From the NCBI GenBank assembly GCA_965153285.1, contig OZ229116.1: DNA of 64,000 nt; one strand, 5' to 3'. A model generated the notes under the pieces. That model was not told the DNA's origin, searched no databases, and worked only from the letters and a program-made list of their open reading frames with translations. The position numbers were made by a program, and so were the translations under genes. The DNA is from Podarcis tiliguerta (lineage: Eukaryota). This document shows, one piece after another, positions 1 to 12,519 of this stretch; position 1 is the stretch's first letter, and each line of letters begins with the position of its first letter.

Positions 1-1650
1 GGGGCTGGGGGCTCTTTGTTCCCGCCGAAGGGCGGTGGCGGGGCTGGCGAGAGGATGCCGCCGCCGGGGCCGCGGGCGAAGCAGCCCGGGCTCCCCGCGC
101 TGCCCCGGAGGCTAAGCTGGGCCTGCTTGGAACAGGGTTGCGAAGCTGGGGCGGGGAGGGGGCTTGGGGGAAAGCGACCCCCTTGATCCCGGAAGGTGTT
201 GGGGGACGAAGACGGGGTGTAGCGAAGGGGGACGGGAGAGGAGTTGCAGAGGGGAGGCTGGAGCTTCCTCGGGAACGCGAGTTAGGGACTCGTATTTCCC
301 ACGGCGGAAAGGAGCAGGTGCTCGCTTCGGCGTTAGTAAGAAGACTAATAGTGGAGAGATGCATCTGCCTGCGTAGGGAAGAAAGACCGGGGTGCAGAAG
401 CGTTATGGCGGAAAGTTAGGACCCAGTGACCCCCCCCCCCAACCCCTTGATCTGATGGGTGGGGTCAAACAAAAGTCGGCCTGCGGGTCGAGAAGGATGA
501 GACCGATGATTGTAAATAAAGGCACCGCGGGGCGTGCGGATGGGGAGTTGCAGTGGGGAGCGGGGATCCCTCCGACCTGGGGACGAGCAGAAGTGGGGCA
601 GGGACTTGGCGCCATCTCTTCCTTGGGGAGGGAGCGTGGGAAAGGAGTGGATGCCACCCACCTCTTCCCTTGGGATGGGAGCAAGGGCTTCTTTGCTCCT
701 TGCTGGCAAGGCGGAGATGCGCACGCTCCTTCTGGAAGAGCAGACTTCCCCGAGGATGGAAGTCACCCTGGATAAACAGAGTGGGGGCCGGTCTCTGTGT
801 TGAGACACCTGCTTCGCAAATCGAAGGCTGGGGTGGGATTTATTTCCCATGGCAGGGGCCACCAGACCACCCTCTCTGCCTGTCGTCCTCTTCAACCCGC
901 GCGCGCTCTTTCTACTTTGCCTTCCGGATGCCAGATTGCCAGCCCACTCGGGTCTCGCAGTTACACAACCACGAAGTGCAAACTCCATGGATCTCATTGA
1001 ATTGATGAGTTACTTTTTTAAAAAAACCACGACACATCCCCTCTCCTTGTATGCAATCGGGAAGGTTAAAGGGAGCATATGTAACACAACACAGGGCCTG
1101 TTTGTGAATCGCGTGGGATTTTAATCTGTGTTTAGTAGTAATTGTGACCCCAGAATCAGGGCGCCGGTCGGCTATTTCGGATTAACCGGCACAGAGTCTT
1201 AAGGCAACGGTGTGCACTTCACTTTTGCCCCTGTTTAACGAATCCGGCGAGAGCTGCTACCTGAGCAGCCACCCTGGTCAGGGACCCCGGGGTTAGTGGA
1301 GCCAAGCGTGTCCGGAACACCGCCCTCCGTGGCCTCGGGTCCGGTACAGAGGAGCGTGCGGAGCCGCTGCCTCGCCCCTCTGCTCGGCTCCCTAATCCCT
1401 TCCCGGGAAGAATTTAATCAGCCTCCGCCTCCGCCCGGCAGCCTCGCTCGCCTCCTCCCCCGCTGGCGTCCTGCTGTGTTTTTTTTACCCCTGCTGCAAC
1501 AGCTAACGGGAATTTCCATTGAGGCGAACTCTTTCTCCTTGCTTAATAAAGCTTTGCCACCTCCCTCGCCCAACAGGGGGCGCTGCGGGAAGGCCACGCG
1601 AAGGCAAGTGGGAGGCATGCCCATGCACCCCAATAGTTGAGACTGAGGTT
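1..1650. promoter_or_regulatory. CDH2: CpG island at the 5' end of CDH2 (start of intron 1; exon 1 and TSS lie upstream of the window)
   Basis: Very GC- and CpG-rich sequence with G-runs, falling to AT-rich, CpG-depleted DNA after about 1.7 kb. No MCRIA-like signal-peptide exon is visible, and exon 2 lies 18 kb downstream on the + strand. Confidence 0.85.
1570..1584 (+). promoter_or_regulatory. Candidate CTCF site
   Basis: CCAACAGGGGGCGCT versus core CCASYAGRKGGCRSY (one mismatch), at the edge of the CpG island. Confidence 0.55.
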
Positions 1651-2029
1651 CTGGCCAATACTTGTAGGGATTGAAAGAGCTGCCATCCTTGGAGATCTGT
1701 CCAAAGTTGACAGGGTCTGTGCCACTGTGATGCTTGCTGGCAAAGGGTGAGTCACCTTTCACCCAAGCCAGGAATTAATATTTCAGAGATCGGATTTGGT
1801 CCTTTGCTGAGTAAAGAGTGAGCTGACTTGGAAGGCTGTATGCTTTTATGAGGCGAGAGGTTTGCAAGCCTTGGCGAAGGCTTAAGACTGGTTTGTTTAC
1901 ACTTTTGCAAAGTAGGGATCTGCCTGCAGAGCATTGCTGGTGTTTCTGCATTTGGTGGACACTGGTCACCTGGAACGCATAGGATGGGTGTGGGGGTTAG
2001 GCTGTGTACCATTTTGTTGGGAGACAGAT

Positions 2030-2170
2030 AGGAATCTGCCTTATAGTGTCCACACTGACTGGCAGCAGCTCTGCAGGGTTTCAGACAGGACCTTGCTAGC
2101 CCTACCTAAAGTTGCTGGGGATTGAACTTGAGAGTTTCTGCATGCAAATCAGATTCTCTACCAGCAAGCT
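2030..2170 (-). mobile_element. tRNA-derived squamate SINE, degenerate
   Basis: Reverse complement of the 6835-7035 family (cacactgactggcagcagctct...ggggattgaac...tctgcatgcaaa). Confidence 0.75.
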
Positions 2171-3063
2171 GGATGTCTTGCCTGATAATTTGTGATTCTG
2201 CACCAGGAGTGGGCAGTAGTCCATTGATGCCGAAAGTGCTAAATTAGGGTGGGCCCAGGTCTCCAGAGTAAGGATTTGATTTGTCTGGGCAGGAATTGGT
2301 GGGTTAATTACTTGGATTTTCCTGGGGTGTTTTTGTGCATCTGAAGGTAGAAGAGCATTGCCATGGCTTGTTCAGTGAATATCGACTGTGTAAGGAATGT
2401 ATCTGGGGTGTGGGACAGCTTGTATAGATAGATACCAGCATTAGGGCTGTCTCTCATGAAGCAGATACCACTTGACATATGCTGATGAAAATTCAATTAA
2501 GTGATTATCCTGCATTTTGGGGCTTATCCTGTTGGAATAGGGTGTGTGCTCTTTGCATGGCCACCGGACTCCCCTGGTTTTGCTGCAACAGACTAACATG
2601 GCTACGCCTCTGGAAATAGTTTGTGAAAGGTTCTCTGGAGTAATGGATGAACTGTATTTGATACTGTATTTGATGTGCATTTGAAATGGAACTGTGTAGG
2701 GTTGAGTGGGGTTTTTTTGGGGGGGGTGAGGGGTGTCCTGGGATTTTCCTAAAGTGAGTTCCAATAAGGCAGGGGACAGAGGATGGATGCTGGCACTTCG
2801 GTCAGCCAAACTCGTCTTCTTCCTAGTGCAAAGGGCAAGCAGGAGTAAATCTCCGGGACAGATGGTGCAGCTCATTGCCTCTTAATGGCATTTGTGGCTG
2901 GAGCATATCGTCGAGAACGGGCAAGGGACTCTGGGGAAAGGGGTATTTGTGTAGCGGGCTGTGTGAGTGGGCTGGCTTTCAGCAGTGGGTGATATCCGGT
3001 TTAAATCCTGCAGGGGTTGAGTGATCTGGGTACAGGGAGGCAGCTGCAGTAGCTGCAGCAGCA

Positions 3064-3084
3064 GTCACTGTCCATGGTGCAGAG
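3064..3084 (-). promoter_or_regulatory. Candidate RE1/NRSE (REST-binding) element
   Basis: Minus strand CTCTGCACCATGGACAGTGAC versus consensus TTCAGCACCAYGGACAGCGCC; canonical half-site spacing with GCACC and GGACAG intact. Confidence 0.55.
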
Positions 3085-6000
3085 CTCAGATTACTCTCTG
3101 GCTGTGAACTGAATCCCTGCTTCTGAAACGTAGTAAACACAGACTTGGCACATTGCAAAGCTCCTTTTCCTTGCCCTTTATTTCAAATTACTGCTCCCCC
3201 CCCCCCTTTCTTTCTCCTGTGCAGCCAATACTCTCTTTCTGTAGCTCTGATGGCTGCATCAGGCAGTTGAGGTGCTGAAACATTGATCCTAAACAGCTGG
3301 GGGGATTTTTCACTGGTTTAATAGGAGGTTAGTTTGCCCTGATGGGAAAGTGTCAATGTTGCACCTTCTGTGTCTTTCCTTCAAACTCTGCCTCCCTTTT
3401 GGGGAGGATTGTTTTAACTTTTTAGCTAGGTTTATTGTTTTCAAGGTCTGTTTATAGCCGGAGTCTGGGTTGCTTTTCTACAAATTTTTAAGTTGGAGTC
3501 CACTCCTTCTCCCCCCATGACACAATTTCTTTGTCAGGCTCATTCTCTCTTTTTAGGATGCCTCCAAATGTTTTTTTTATCTCCAGATGTTATTTGGTAA
3601 ACTTTAAAACTTGAGTTCTCTGCTAAACTCTTATTTCACCGTGTAGTTTCCCCTCTATAAGTACTGTTTTTAAATTAAAGGGATCTATGAATTATGGACA
3701 GGAACTGTCTTTATTGCTTTTGTGTATCAGAGAGTTCCAGCGGCATGTCATGGTTGGAAAATCCAATTTCCTCCTTGTTTGGGTACACATTAAATCAGGT
3801 TAGGACTCTCTTTTTAACAGGGTGTAACAACACTGAAAGTTAGGTATGAAATCAGTTTTCTAAACCTGTGTCTGGAAAGTGGCCTTTGATTTTTAACTAT
3901 TGCTTGGCTTTTTTTTTTGCTTTCTCTTGCAAGTCAGAAATTATTTAAAACTTTTACATTGCGTACATTGCCAGTGCAAGAGAATTTCAGTTATAAGAAA
4001 TTAATGCTGCTTTAGGATCTATACCTTGGCTAGGTTTTATTTAAATTGTTTTACATTGCTTTCAGCCTTTGTCAGATATTTCCTTGAGGGTTTTTTTTAT
4101 GAATTCATCACTCATCATTTGCACAGCAGAGCAAACAGCTTGTTCAGTATAGGCTCAGTCAATGTTTGGAATAATGCAGCATTTAGGAACATACTGGTAA
4201 CTGATGATTAAACACTCACTTCATTGATGAGTTACTTTAGGTAAAATCTGTGGTTGTTACGAAAAGCTCGGCACTCTGAAGGAAAAGGGGAAAGTTTGAA
4301 AGGTGTGTGCGTGTGCGTGTGTGTGACACAAACGCATACTTTAACATCAGAAACCATAAGTGCTTCTGAATTGGGAAAAGAGGAAGTCTGTGTGGGAAAA
4401 CTGGAGGCAAAACATCACAAAGGACTTCGAATGACCTCCAGAGGCAATAGTTCTTAGGAAAAGCTTCAGTTAAATTTTCAATCCTAATTATTAATTCTAG
4501 TTTCTTTCATTGTATGGTTTCTGAATATGGCTAAGATATCGGTCTGAATAGTTAATATGAGTATTGAAAATTGATTATGGGAAATGGATTTTAGTTGTGT
4601 TAAAACTGACTAGTAGCAAAGCAGATGCACATTCAGGTCCCAGTGATTGGCACCAAAACTTACGCGGTTCTCCTTTATTATTAATTAATTAATTAATTAA
4701 TAATTATTATTAATTTATGAGTGCTACTACCATTTTTGTTGCCTTTACCCCAGTTTTTGAAGTTCTGTGCTGATTTGTTGTCTTTCCAGCTTCTTAAATA
4801 GGGCTATGGAGGTCTAGGGGCCAAACTGGACATTTATAAGAGACATGGAGAAGCACTCTGTAGCTGTTTCCTTTTAATGTAATATTAACATGGTGTGACA
4901 TGGCATTATCATGTGGTGCATCTTCCTGTCTCTGCCAGCCAATGATGTGAAGCTAGGGTGGGCAGGTGCATGGTGCAATGGCATCCCATCCCATGTTTTT
5001 TGGGATACGGAACTACATAGGTAGGTTAGTCCTAATTAATAAGAATAAGTGGCAAAGCACTTCAGTAGGTTAATATAAAGAATCTTGAGTCTACTTATGA
5101 TTCTTCTGCCTCTACAAATCATGTTTTCTCAGTGGAAACTGCTAGTCTATGAAGCTATATCCCAGATATCTGGAATTCCTTTTGAAATGTGGTTTTTTTA
5201 TATTAAATTAGAATTTGTCAATATTTTAGCTTTCTTTCCCAGGGTTATGTTTCACATTTTTGCAAAACATTGCAGAAGTTTATTATGAGTAATTTTAATA
5301 TCTGATTACTGGAAAATAATCAGTATTTTGAAATTCTAGTTTCTTTTGTATCAGTGACGTCATTCAAATCTGTGACAAACCCAAAAAGTACAATTTTTAT
5401 TGATATTTCTTTTATTATTATAAATATTTCTAGACTGCTTAAACATTAAAAAAATCTCAAAGCGGTATACAAAATAATAAAAGGCATGCAATGCCACCAA
5501 CCAGAATAAAACAGTATAAAATACAGTTCAAACTTCAAATAGCTTTTCTTCTATCGATGATCTCACCATCATTTTCTGGGGAAATACTGAACTGTTGTTT
5601 TGACAGATGGGTGGAAGAAGCCATTCTTTTTAAGGAAATGTTTTATATACATATTAACCTAGCAGATGCATTTCAAATATGTTTCTGAAACAAGACAGAA
5701 ACTGACTTTGGGAGCAATACAATTATTTGACAAAATGCACATTGCATACCTGTTTTATCTGGTTTAAAGTCAAGATTATGTGCCTTTAAATGTTGAATAC
5801 ATTAACATTTTAGGAGACATTTTCATTATACTAAATATCAGCGTTTCAAATAAATCTTTAAGGCACATTTATAATAAGATATTTTCAATCTATTGACATT
5901 ATTTGAAAAGTCTTCTCCCCATTCCATTTCACATTCTGATTCACTATCATGCAAGACTCAGTAATTCCTATTAAGTTTTAGGTGGCAGCAGAATGATAAT

Positions 6001-6834
6001 TTGAACCACAGTGTTTGTTTTTCAGAATGTCTTGCTGAAGCATCAACTGGGAGGATTATTTATCTTGTTCTCCGATTTGTTTGGAAATATTTACCACACT
6101 TTTTAAAAAGAACTTCATCCTTGAAACAGTTTTTAGTTAAAACCAACCCTGGCTGAAAATAAAATAATAAAAAATAAAGTACAACTAAACAATAAAGCAG
6201 TATAAAAACTGTATAGAAGTAGAAGATAAAATATACAGATTTCCTTTTCTCTGCTAAGATGAACTTATTGCATCCTGTGAGCAAATACTTTTATCCAAGT
6301 TTGTATAAGCAGTTTTTCCCCTGTTGGTGCCTGCAGTTTTTATCTCCCTGTAGTGTACGAGTCAATATCTACTCAACTTTTTTCCCCAGCTGGTGAGTTG
6401 GAACCCATTATTGGGCATGTTCAGCTACCCTGTGAGTAGAATAGGAAACTCCCAGTAACGTCAGCAGAAGCCAAGTCTTGTGGAATAAGATGGCTAGAGA
6501 AAGAAGCTCAAACTCACCCAACAATCTAATAATAGAAAGGGTAAAAACATTCAGATTCTTTTTACTACAGACGCCAATTGTGTAGACTATAAAATTGAGA
6601 AAAGCTATTTTTATTAAGTGATGGTGACCACTCAGAGTGACTCACGCCTGGTTCTTTCCTTGACTTGTGCGTTCTCTCTCTCTCCAATTCCTTATTTAAG
6701 AAAGTGAATTGCTCATATCTATGCAGCATCTGCTTTTAAGTTCCTTAAAATTTAAAATAGATGAACATTTCTGAACTTCCCTTTTTTCCCTTTTTGATAA
6801 TATAAAAGGGGTTATCTAAACAACCAGAAGTTTG

Positions 6835-7035
6835 GAGAAGGGTTGTAGCTCAGAGGTAGAACATCTTGAGTTTCATGCAGAAGATCCTTGGTTCAATCCC
6901 TAGTGTCTCTAGGTAGGGCTGTGAAAAACCCCTACCTCAAACCCTGGAGAGAGTCTCTCCACTGCCAGTCAATGTAACAGTACTGAGATAGGTAGACCAG
7001 TAGTCTGACTTGGTAAAAACCAGCTTCCTGTGTCT
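6835..7035 (+). mobile_element. tRNA-derived squamate SINE, near full length
   Basis: A box (tagctcagaggtaga), B box (ggttcaatccc), body ctgccagtc and tail gtctgacttgg...cagcttcctgtg. Confidence 0.85.
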
Positions 7036-7069
7036 CCCAGAAGCCTTGTGACTCTTCAAAGACTTAACA

Positions 7070-7158
7070 ACGCATTTCTAACCATGTATACTCAGAAGTA
7101 AATCCTATTAAAGTCAGCTGGGCTTAATCCCAGATACGTGGGGCTAGGATTGCAGACT
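7070..7158. mobile_element. Short palindromic non-autonomous element, gcaatcct...aggattgc family (related copies near 21960-22045, 41340-41420, 57697-57785, 57820-57905)
   Basis: Imperfect hairpin of about 90 bp (actcagaagtaa...ttactccc...taggattgc) recurring in the window. Confidence 0.65.
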
Positions 7159-7367
7159 AACGCTTATTTTTATTTTAAGATTTCAAGAACTAGTTCCCAC
7201 TTTATCAGGTACACAGAACATTATCTCTTTGCCCGTATGGATATATCTATAATTTGGTCAGTAAATGCAAGAGGTACAGTATAACATTCCTATGCAAAGC
7301 TCAAATGGATGCAAGATCAGTACAATGGTTATGCTGCTTTAACAATGGTTGTGGGATAGAAATTCCT

Positions 7368-7472
7368 GGGGTTGTATTCAGCTAAGTTTTACTAAGAGCA
7401 GACCCACTGAAAATGTTGGACCTAAGTTAGTCATGTTCATTAATTTTAGTGGGCCTATGCTGACTAAAACTT
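7368..7472. mobile_element. Short palindromic MITE, gggttgtattca...tacaaccc family (copies near 11213-11328 and 21112-21175)
   Basis: Inverted arms agacccactgaaa / tttagtgggcct; recurs in the window. Confidence 0.65.
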
Positions 7473-7484
7473 AGAGAATAAATA

Positions 7485-8000
7485 AGAGAATCATAGAATT
7501 ATAGAGTTGGAAGGGATCCCAAGGGCCATTATCCATAATTCTGTATACTTCTATCATATTTTACTCACCTTTTTTCATAAACTAAAAGTGCCCAAATGTT
7601 GTAACCCTTCCTTATAGGGGAGTTGCTACTGTCCCTTGATCATTTTGGCTGTGTTTTTCTACATCTTTTCTGCTCTACAATATTATTTTGAGGTGCGGTG
7701 AACAGAACTGTACACAATATTCCAAGTGTGGCTACACCACAGATTTGTATAATGGTGCTGTGATATCAGCAGTTTCCTAATGATCTATAACATGACTCCG
7801 CCTTTTTCACAACCTCTGCACAAAGAGTCATCATTTTCAGCAAGCTATCCACTATGGTCCCAAGCTCTCTTTCCTGGTCAGTTCATGCCCCATTAGTATA
7901 TATTCAAAGTTATGATTTTTTTGGCTTTCACTTTACATGTACTTGCACTGAACAATTATTTGCCATTATAATGCCCATTCACTCAGTTTGGAGAGATTTG
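7485..8000 (-). mobile_element. CR1 LINE fragments (3' tail plus degenerate ORF2 RT region)
   Basis: agaatcatagaat...gagttggaaggga tail, and cagaactgtacacaatattccaagtgtgg (minus-strand PHLEYCVQF motif). Confidence 0.85.
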
Positions 8001-10217
8001 TCCTTTCTTCCTTTTTATTTGTAGTAACCATTCTCAGTGTTAGACAATGATTAATACAAATGGAAAGGAAGAAAGAATTTCCAGTGTGATATTTCATCAC
8101 TGGCCAACAATGTCCTAACACACCTTGGAACCGTTTGGTTCCAAACTATTTATTTAGCACCTGCAGACATACTATCTGACCACACTTTAAGCTGTAGTAG
8201 GCAGTGTGGTGGAATGGCAGTGCTCACCTGACCTCTGGTTGGTCACATTACTACTGCTTACCAGGAGGTAGAGCGGGAGGGGCAGGGCATCAGTGAGGTC
8301 AGTGCTGTGCAAATGCACCAGTGGAGCCAGTCAGGTGCTCCTGTCAGTGCATTTGCACCTCGCAACTGCCTTGGGCCCTTTCCCTCTGTTTTCTGCAACA
8401 AGTAGCAGCACAACCAACCATGGACAGTTGAGTACCACCACCCCGTCATGCAATCTGCTACTGACTTTGATCTGCTTTGGAGACTCTTCTAATGTGTCTT
8501 CTCTCCCCACAGCTGGTATGGTGGGTGACCACAAGGAAACAAATCCTTCTCTGCGGTAGCCTGATGGCTATGGAATTCCCTTCCATTGGAACTGTATCAA
8601 ATTTTTACATTGCAGAATTTTTGGAAGGCCCTGAAACTTGTCTTTTACATTTGGCCTTCTAGGCATGATGCTTATTAGCTGTGTGATGGTCTAGCGGAAT
8701 TAGGGTTGGGTGTCATTTTGCTCTGTTGGGGGGGAAAAATGTGTAGTATTGAGTTGTGGTTCAAAATTTCAAAATTTTGTATTACTATTCTTTTCATAAT
8801 TCCATTGCATTGAACTGAACTGAACTGGATTGTATTGTAAGCTACAGGGACATTTGCCCAGAAAAGCAGCCTAAAAATAATTTAGATTAATTAATTTAAT
8901 TAAACAAGGGGCTAAACAATAAAGGTTTACTCCTGAGTCCTGTATTTGGCACATTGCCTATCCCCCCCCCCCCGCTTCAGTCATTCAGTGTTAATGATAC
9001 CCTTACAAAATGTAATAGGAAACAAAAGGTTTTCTAGGCCTTTCAGGCTATAGTTAAAACAAAGAAAAGAAAAGAAAAGAAAAAAGTAGCTGAAAATGCT
9101 TTATGAAATTTTGGCCCATGTGAAATCTTGTTACTTTGCCTTAATGCATACCTAGAGATAAAGGGTTGTGGCTTAAGCTACAATACAACTTGCAATATCA
9201 TTTATGTTTGAACCAAATTATTGCTGTACTGTCCCAGTGTGAAACACAGCTATATATCTTATGTTCTGCTAGGGAACAGAAACAGTAGTGAGTTAACTAT
9301 GGTTTTTAAAATATCCTTTGGTTTTTTACTTTGTAAGTATTCTGTGAACTGAATTTTGTTTTTGTTTTTTAAATAGACTTGAAAAGTCTTCCCCATGAGG
9401 ATACATTAACCTTTTCTGTGTAACCTTTCAGGAATATGTTTTGTCATTAGCATGTTTTTGTCCTTTCCCCCCTAAAACTTAAGATGAAGAAACTAGTTCT
9501 GTTTGGTAGCATACCAAGGTTTAAGCCTTGGAAATTACTACTTACGGATACAGTTAATTCCAGTGGGCTGTTATAACCATAACTCTTAAGCATGCACAAC
9601 TGCCTTTGCAAACCTGGGCTCTGAAAGTGCTGTTGTCAAATGAAATAAACCAAAGAGTAGACATACCACTTCATCCTTGCAAAGCTGACCAATCAATTTA
9701 ACTGTGTTTCTCTTCTGCCGTTGTAAAATCAGTTCATCTCTTTGTCTAAGGGATGTGTTTTGACAAACTTCACAGTTTAAAATTGGCTGCCCTACCCACA
9801 ACACATTTGCGCTGATGGGCGCCTCCACTGACTTCCAAGAGCTTTGAAGCATTAAGGAACACAAGAGCTGCATTTAATTTAGTTAAGAGAACTCAATATT
9901 TAAAATTGCTGTAGTGTGCAAGGACTTCAAAACTGGGGTCAGAGTTTCAGTGCACACTAAGGAAATGCATCATACAGACCTGTGGCTCAACAGAGGTTAG
10001 TTTTCTTAATTTTAGGAGAGATGACAGTTCCCACACTTCCAATGGCATTTATTATTATAAAGGTTACTACTCGCAGTGTTGTTCAAGCTAGGCTATTTAT
10101 ATCACTAAAAAAACAACTTGAAGGGAAAATCACATAGGGAAATATGAGACAAGTAAAAGGTTTAATACAGAGAAAGGACCTCCCATCCTTTTATACAGTG
10201 TATGTAGGCAACCCAGA

Positions 10218-11025
10218 GGTGTGACAGTGGATGTGCTGGACCGTTACCTTCCTCAAGAATGGAGTAGATGAGAGCCAATGAACTGAAGCCCAATCGAGAT
10301 AAGACTGAAGCACTGTTAGTGTGTGGTTCCTTAGACTGGATGGATGGGATACTGCCTGCTCTTGATGGGGTTACACTCCCTCTGAAGGAACGGATATGCA
10401 GCTTGGGGTTCCTCTGGGTCCATTCCTGTCACTTAAGCCTCGGGTGGCCTCAGTGGTGCCTTCTATCACCTTCAGCTGCTTGCCCAGCTGTCCCGCCTGC
10501 ATGGACAGGGATAGCCTAACTTCAGCCATCTGTGCTCTGGTAACCTCTAGGTTAGATTACTGCAGCATGTTACATGTGGGTCTGCCTCTGAAGACGTTTC
10601 GGAAACTTCAGCTGGTGCAGAATTCATCAGCCAGGTCACTTGCCTGGGCAAGACTGTTTGAGCATATTGTGCCAATCCTGGGCCAACTCTAGATTCTGGG
10701 CCCAGTTCAGAGTACTGGTTTTGACCTAGAAAACCTGAAACAGCTCAGGACCGCAATACGTCAAGGACCGCCTTTCCCCAGATGAACTGACCCAAATCCT
10801 GCGATCATCACCTGAGGCCCATGCTTGTGTGTAGCTACATGAGAATGGGCCTTTTTTGTGATGGCTCCCAGTTTGTGAAATGCTCTCCCCAAGGAGGTTT
10901 GTCTGGCGTCTTCGTTATACATCTTTAGGTACCAGGCAATTAAACAAACTTCGGCTAATTAAACAAACTTACGGCCTTTTAAACTGGTGTGTGTGTTGTT
11001 TTTGTTTGTTGTTATGGTATGCATT
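10218..11025 (+). mobile_element. L2 LINE, 3' part of ORF2 (degenerate RT C-terminus) and 3' UTR
   Basis: ORF fragments MRANELKPNRDKTEALLV and [33 protein letters not shown] are hallmark L2 motifs; frameshifts and stops present. Confidence 0.92.
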
Positions 11026-11142
11026 TTCTCAAAATAAGTGAGGAGAAACACACATTTGCAGGTGGAAAGATAATCAGAAGGTCAACTAGAAACCTCCCCG
11101 ACTTGTGAGTTTTCCATGTGTAGGATGATGTTGTGTTCTGTT

Positions 11143-11212
11143 CATAGCTGTCAATGTTTCCCTTATTCCGAATAGGATTCCTCGCAAGAAAAGGGAAAAG
11201 TTGACAGCTATG
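11143..11212. mobile_element. 70-bp hAT-type MITE
   Basis: 12-bp perfect TIRs catagctgtcaa / ttgacagctatg; 8-bp TSD gttctgtt / gttctatt. Confidence 0.9.
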
Positions 11213-11474
11213 GTTCTATTCAATTTTGGTACTATTCAGAGTAAACCCATGTAAATTAATGGACATGGCTGATTTGGGTCCATTAACTTATTTGGGTCTA
11301 CACTGTATAACTTTATTGGATACAACCCTTTGTGGCTCTAGGTCACATTTCCCTGTGCGCATTGTGAAATGTTACAGTCCTATTCACACTTTAAGGGTAG
11401 ATGAGATATTTTCCCCCTCCTATCCCCATAGAGGTGTTCAGAAGAATGTGTGAGGCCTCAAAGATGGCAAGAGT

Positions 11475-11898
11475 TTGAGATGGAAAAATATCTGTTTCAG
11501 CTCACTTAAGTTTCTCCTTCCAATCCTACATTTTGTTTTCCACATTTATGCAGGCAGTAACTTGATTTAAAAAAAACACTTTAGCATAAATTTTTCTCCT
11601 AATAAAAACAATTTTGTATGCAGTTTTGATTAATACACACATTTTTGGAACACTGTTCCCTAATATTAGGCATTTTTGTATGTAATTTTCACTAACATAT
11701 GTATGTCTTTTTAGGCACGTTTCCCCCGAAATATGCATTTTGGTACATGTTGTTTTGGGGAAAACTGCATCACAAAATCCAGACTACTGAATTTTGAAGG
11801 ATAGCTGTGTTTTAATGCACATATTGGTGTGAGAAGTGTGAATTAAGTAGGGTTTGTTTTTTTGTTGAAATAAAAACAAAACCGAATTTCCATCCCTA
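11475..11898. mobile_element. Non-autonomous hAT-like element of about 420 bp (TAGGGATG-type TIR); partial copy at 38280-38380
   Basis: Ends in ccatcccta, has AT-rich internal subrepeats, and a homologous terminal segment starts tagggatggg at 38280. Confidence 0.7.
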
Positions 11899-12333
11899 GT
11901 AGGGTGTGAGCACATGCTGGCGCTGCCCCATTGATATAGGCCCTGCCTTTTCCTCTCCCAACCTTCGTACATTGAGCAGAAAGGACTGCAGAGAGATTTA
12001 AACTGTGATCAGTCAAATGTGGTTAGAATCCTCATTTCAGTCTTGAACACAATTCTGTGGAGAGGTTACAACCAAGTTCAGCAGATTGTGGTTAGAATCT
12101 CCCTTCAAACCTTCCTGCTCAAGGGTGTCCTGAGAAGTGGGGGCAGATCACCTTGCATGCACCTGTGCCTTAAGTTTAAGTTTCAATACTCCCTCTTTTT
12201 TCATCTCTGCTTAGTTGTTTGCTGATACATCATATAAAAACATGTGATTACAGATTGGCCAGTATGCTCTCCACATCAGGGCTGTTCAGTGAAAGCTAGT
12301 GAAACAGTGATTTAGGCTATTTAAGGTCTAGAT

Positions 12334-12519
12334 CAGGGATTGTCAGCCTGGTCCCTACCGCCCACTAGTGGGTGTTTCAGGATTATGGGTGGGTGGTAGG
12401 GGGTTCTATGGCACAAGCTAAATCCTCCTTCCATCGAGCACTGGTGGGCGGTAAGGAAATTTTACCATCCAGAAAGATGCATTAGTGGGCGGTAGGTATA
12501 AAAAGGTTGACTACCTGTG
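12334..12519. mobile_element. Non-autonomous hAT (Charlie-like) element, 186 bp
   Basis: TIRs cagggattgtcagcct / aggttgactacctgtg, subterminal taccgcccac repeats, 8-bp TSD gtctagat / gtctggat. Confidence 0.9.

Noticed and set aside
138-1762. Many overlapping ORFs of 67-193 aa
   Set aside because: Expected in a GC-rich CpG island where stop codons are scarce. No recognisable domains, and none encodes the CDH2 signal peptide.
5355-5362. Perfect CRE palindrome TGACGTCA (also at 59750-59757)
   Set aside because: Isolated 8-mers occur by chance at about this frequency in 64 kb; no supporting context.
8307-8358. 12-bp perfect inverted repeat gtgcaaatgcac / gtgcatttgcac (pre-miRNA-like hairpin)
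   Set aside because: The stem is short and interrupted, and it lies in what looks like a decayed palindromic MITE; no known miRNA recognised.
12018-12099. 13-bp direct repeat tgtggttagaatc with a spacer (CRISPR-like at a glance)
   Set aside because: Only two units, in a vertebrate intron; a local duplication or TSD, not an array.
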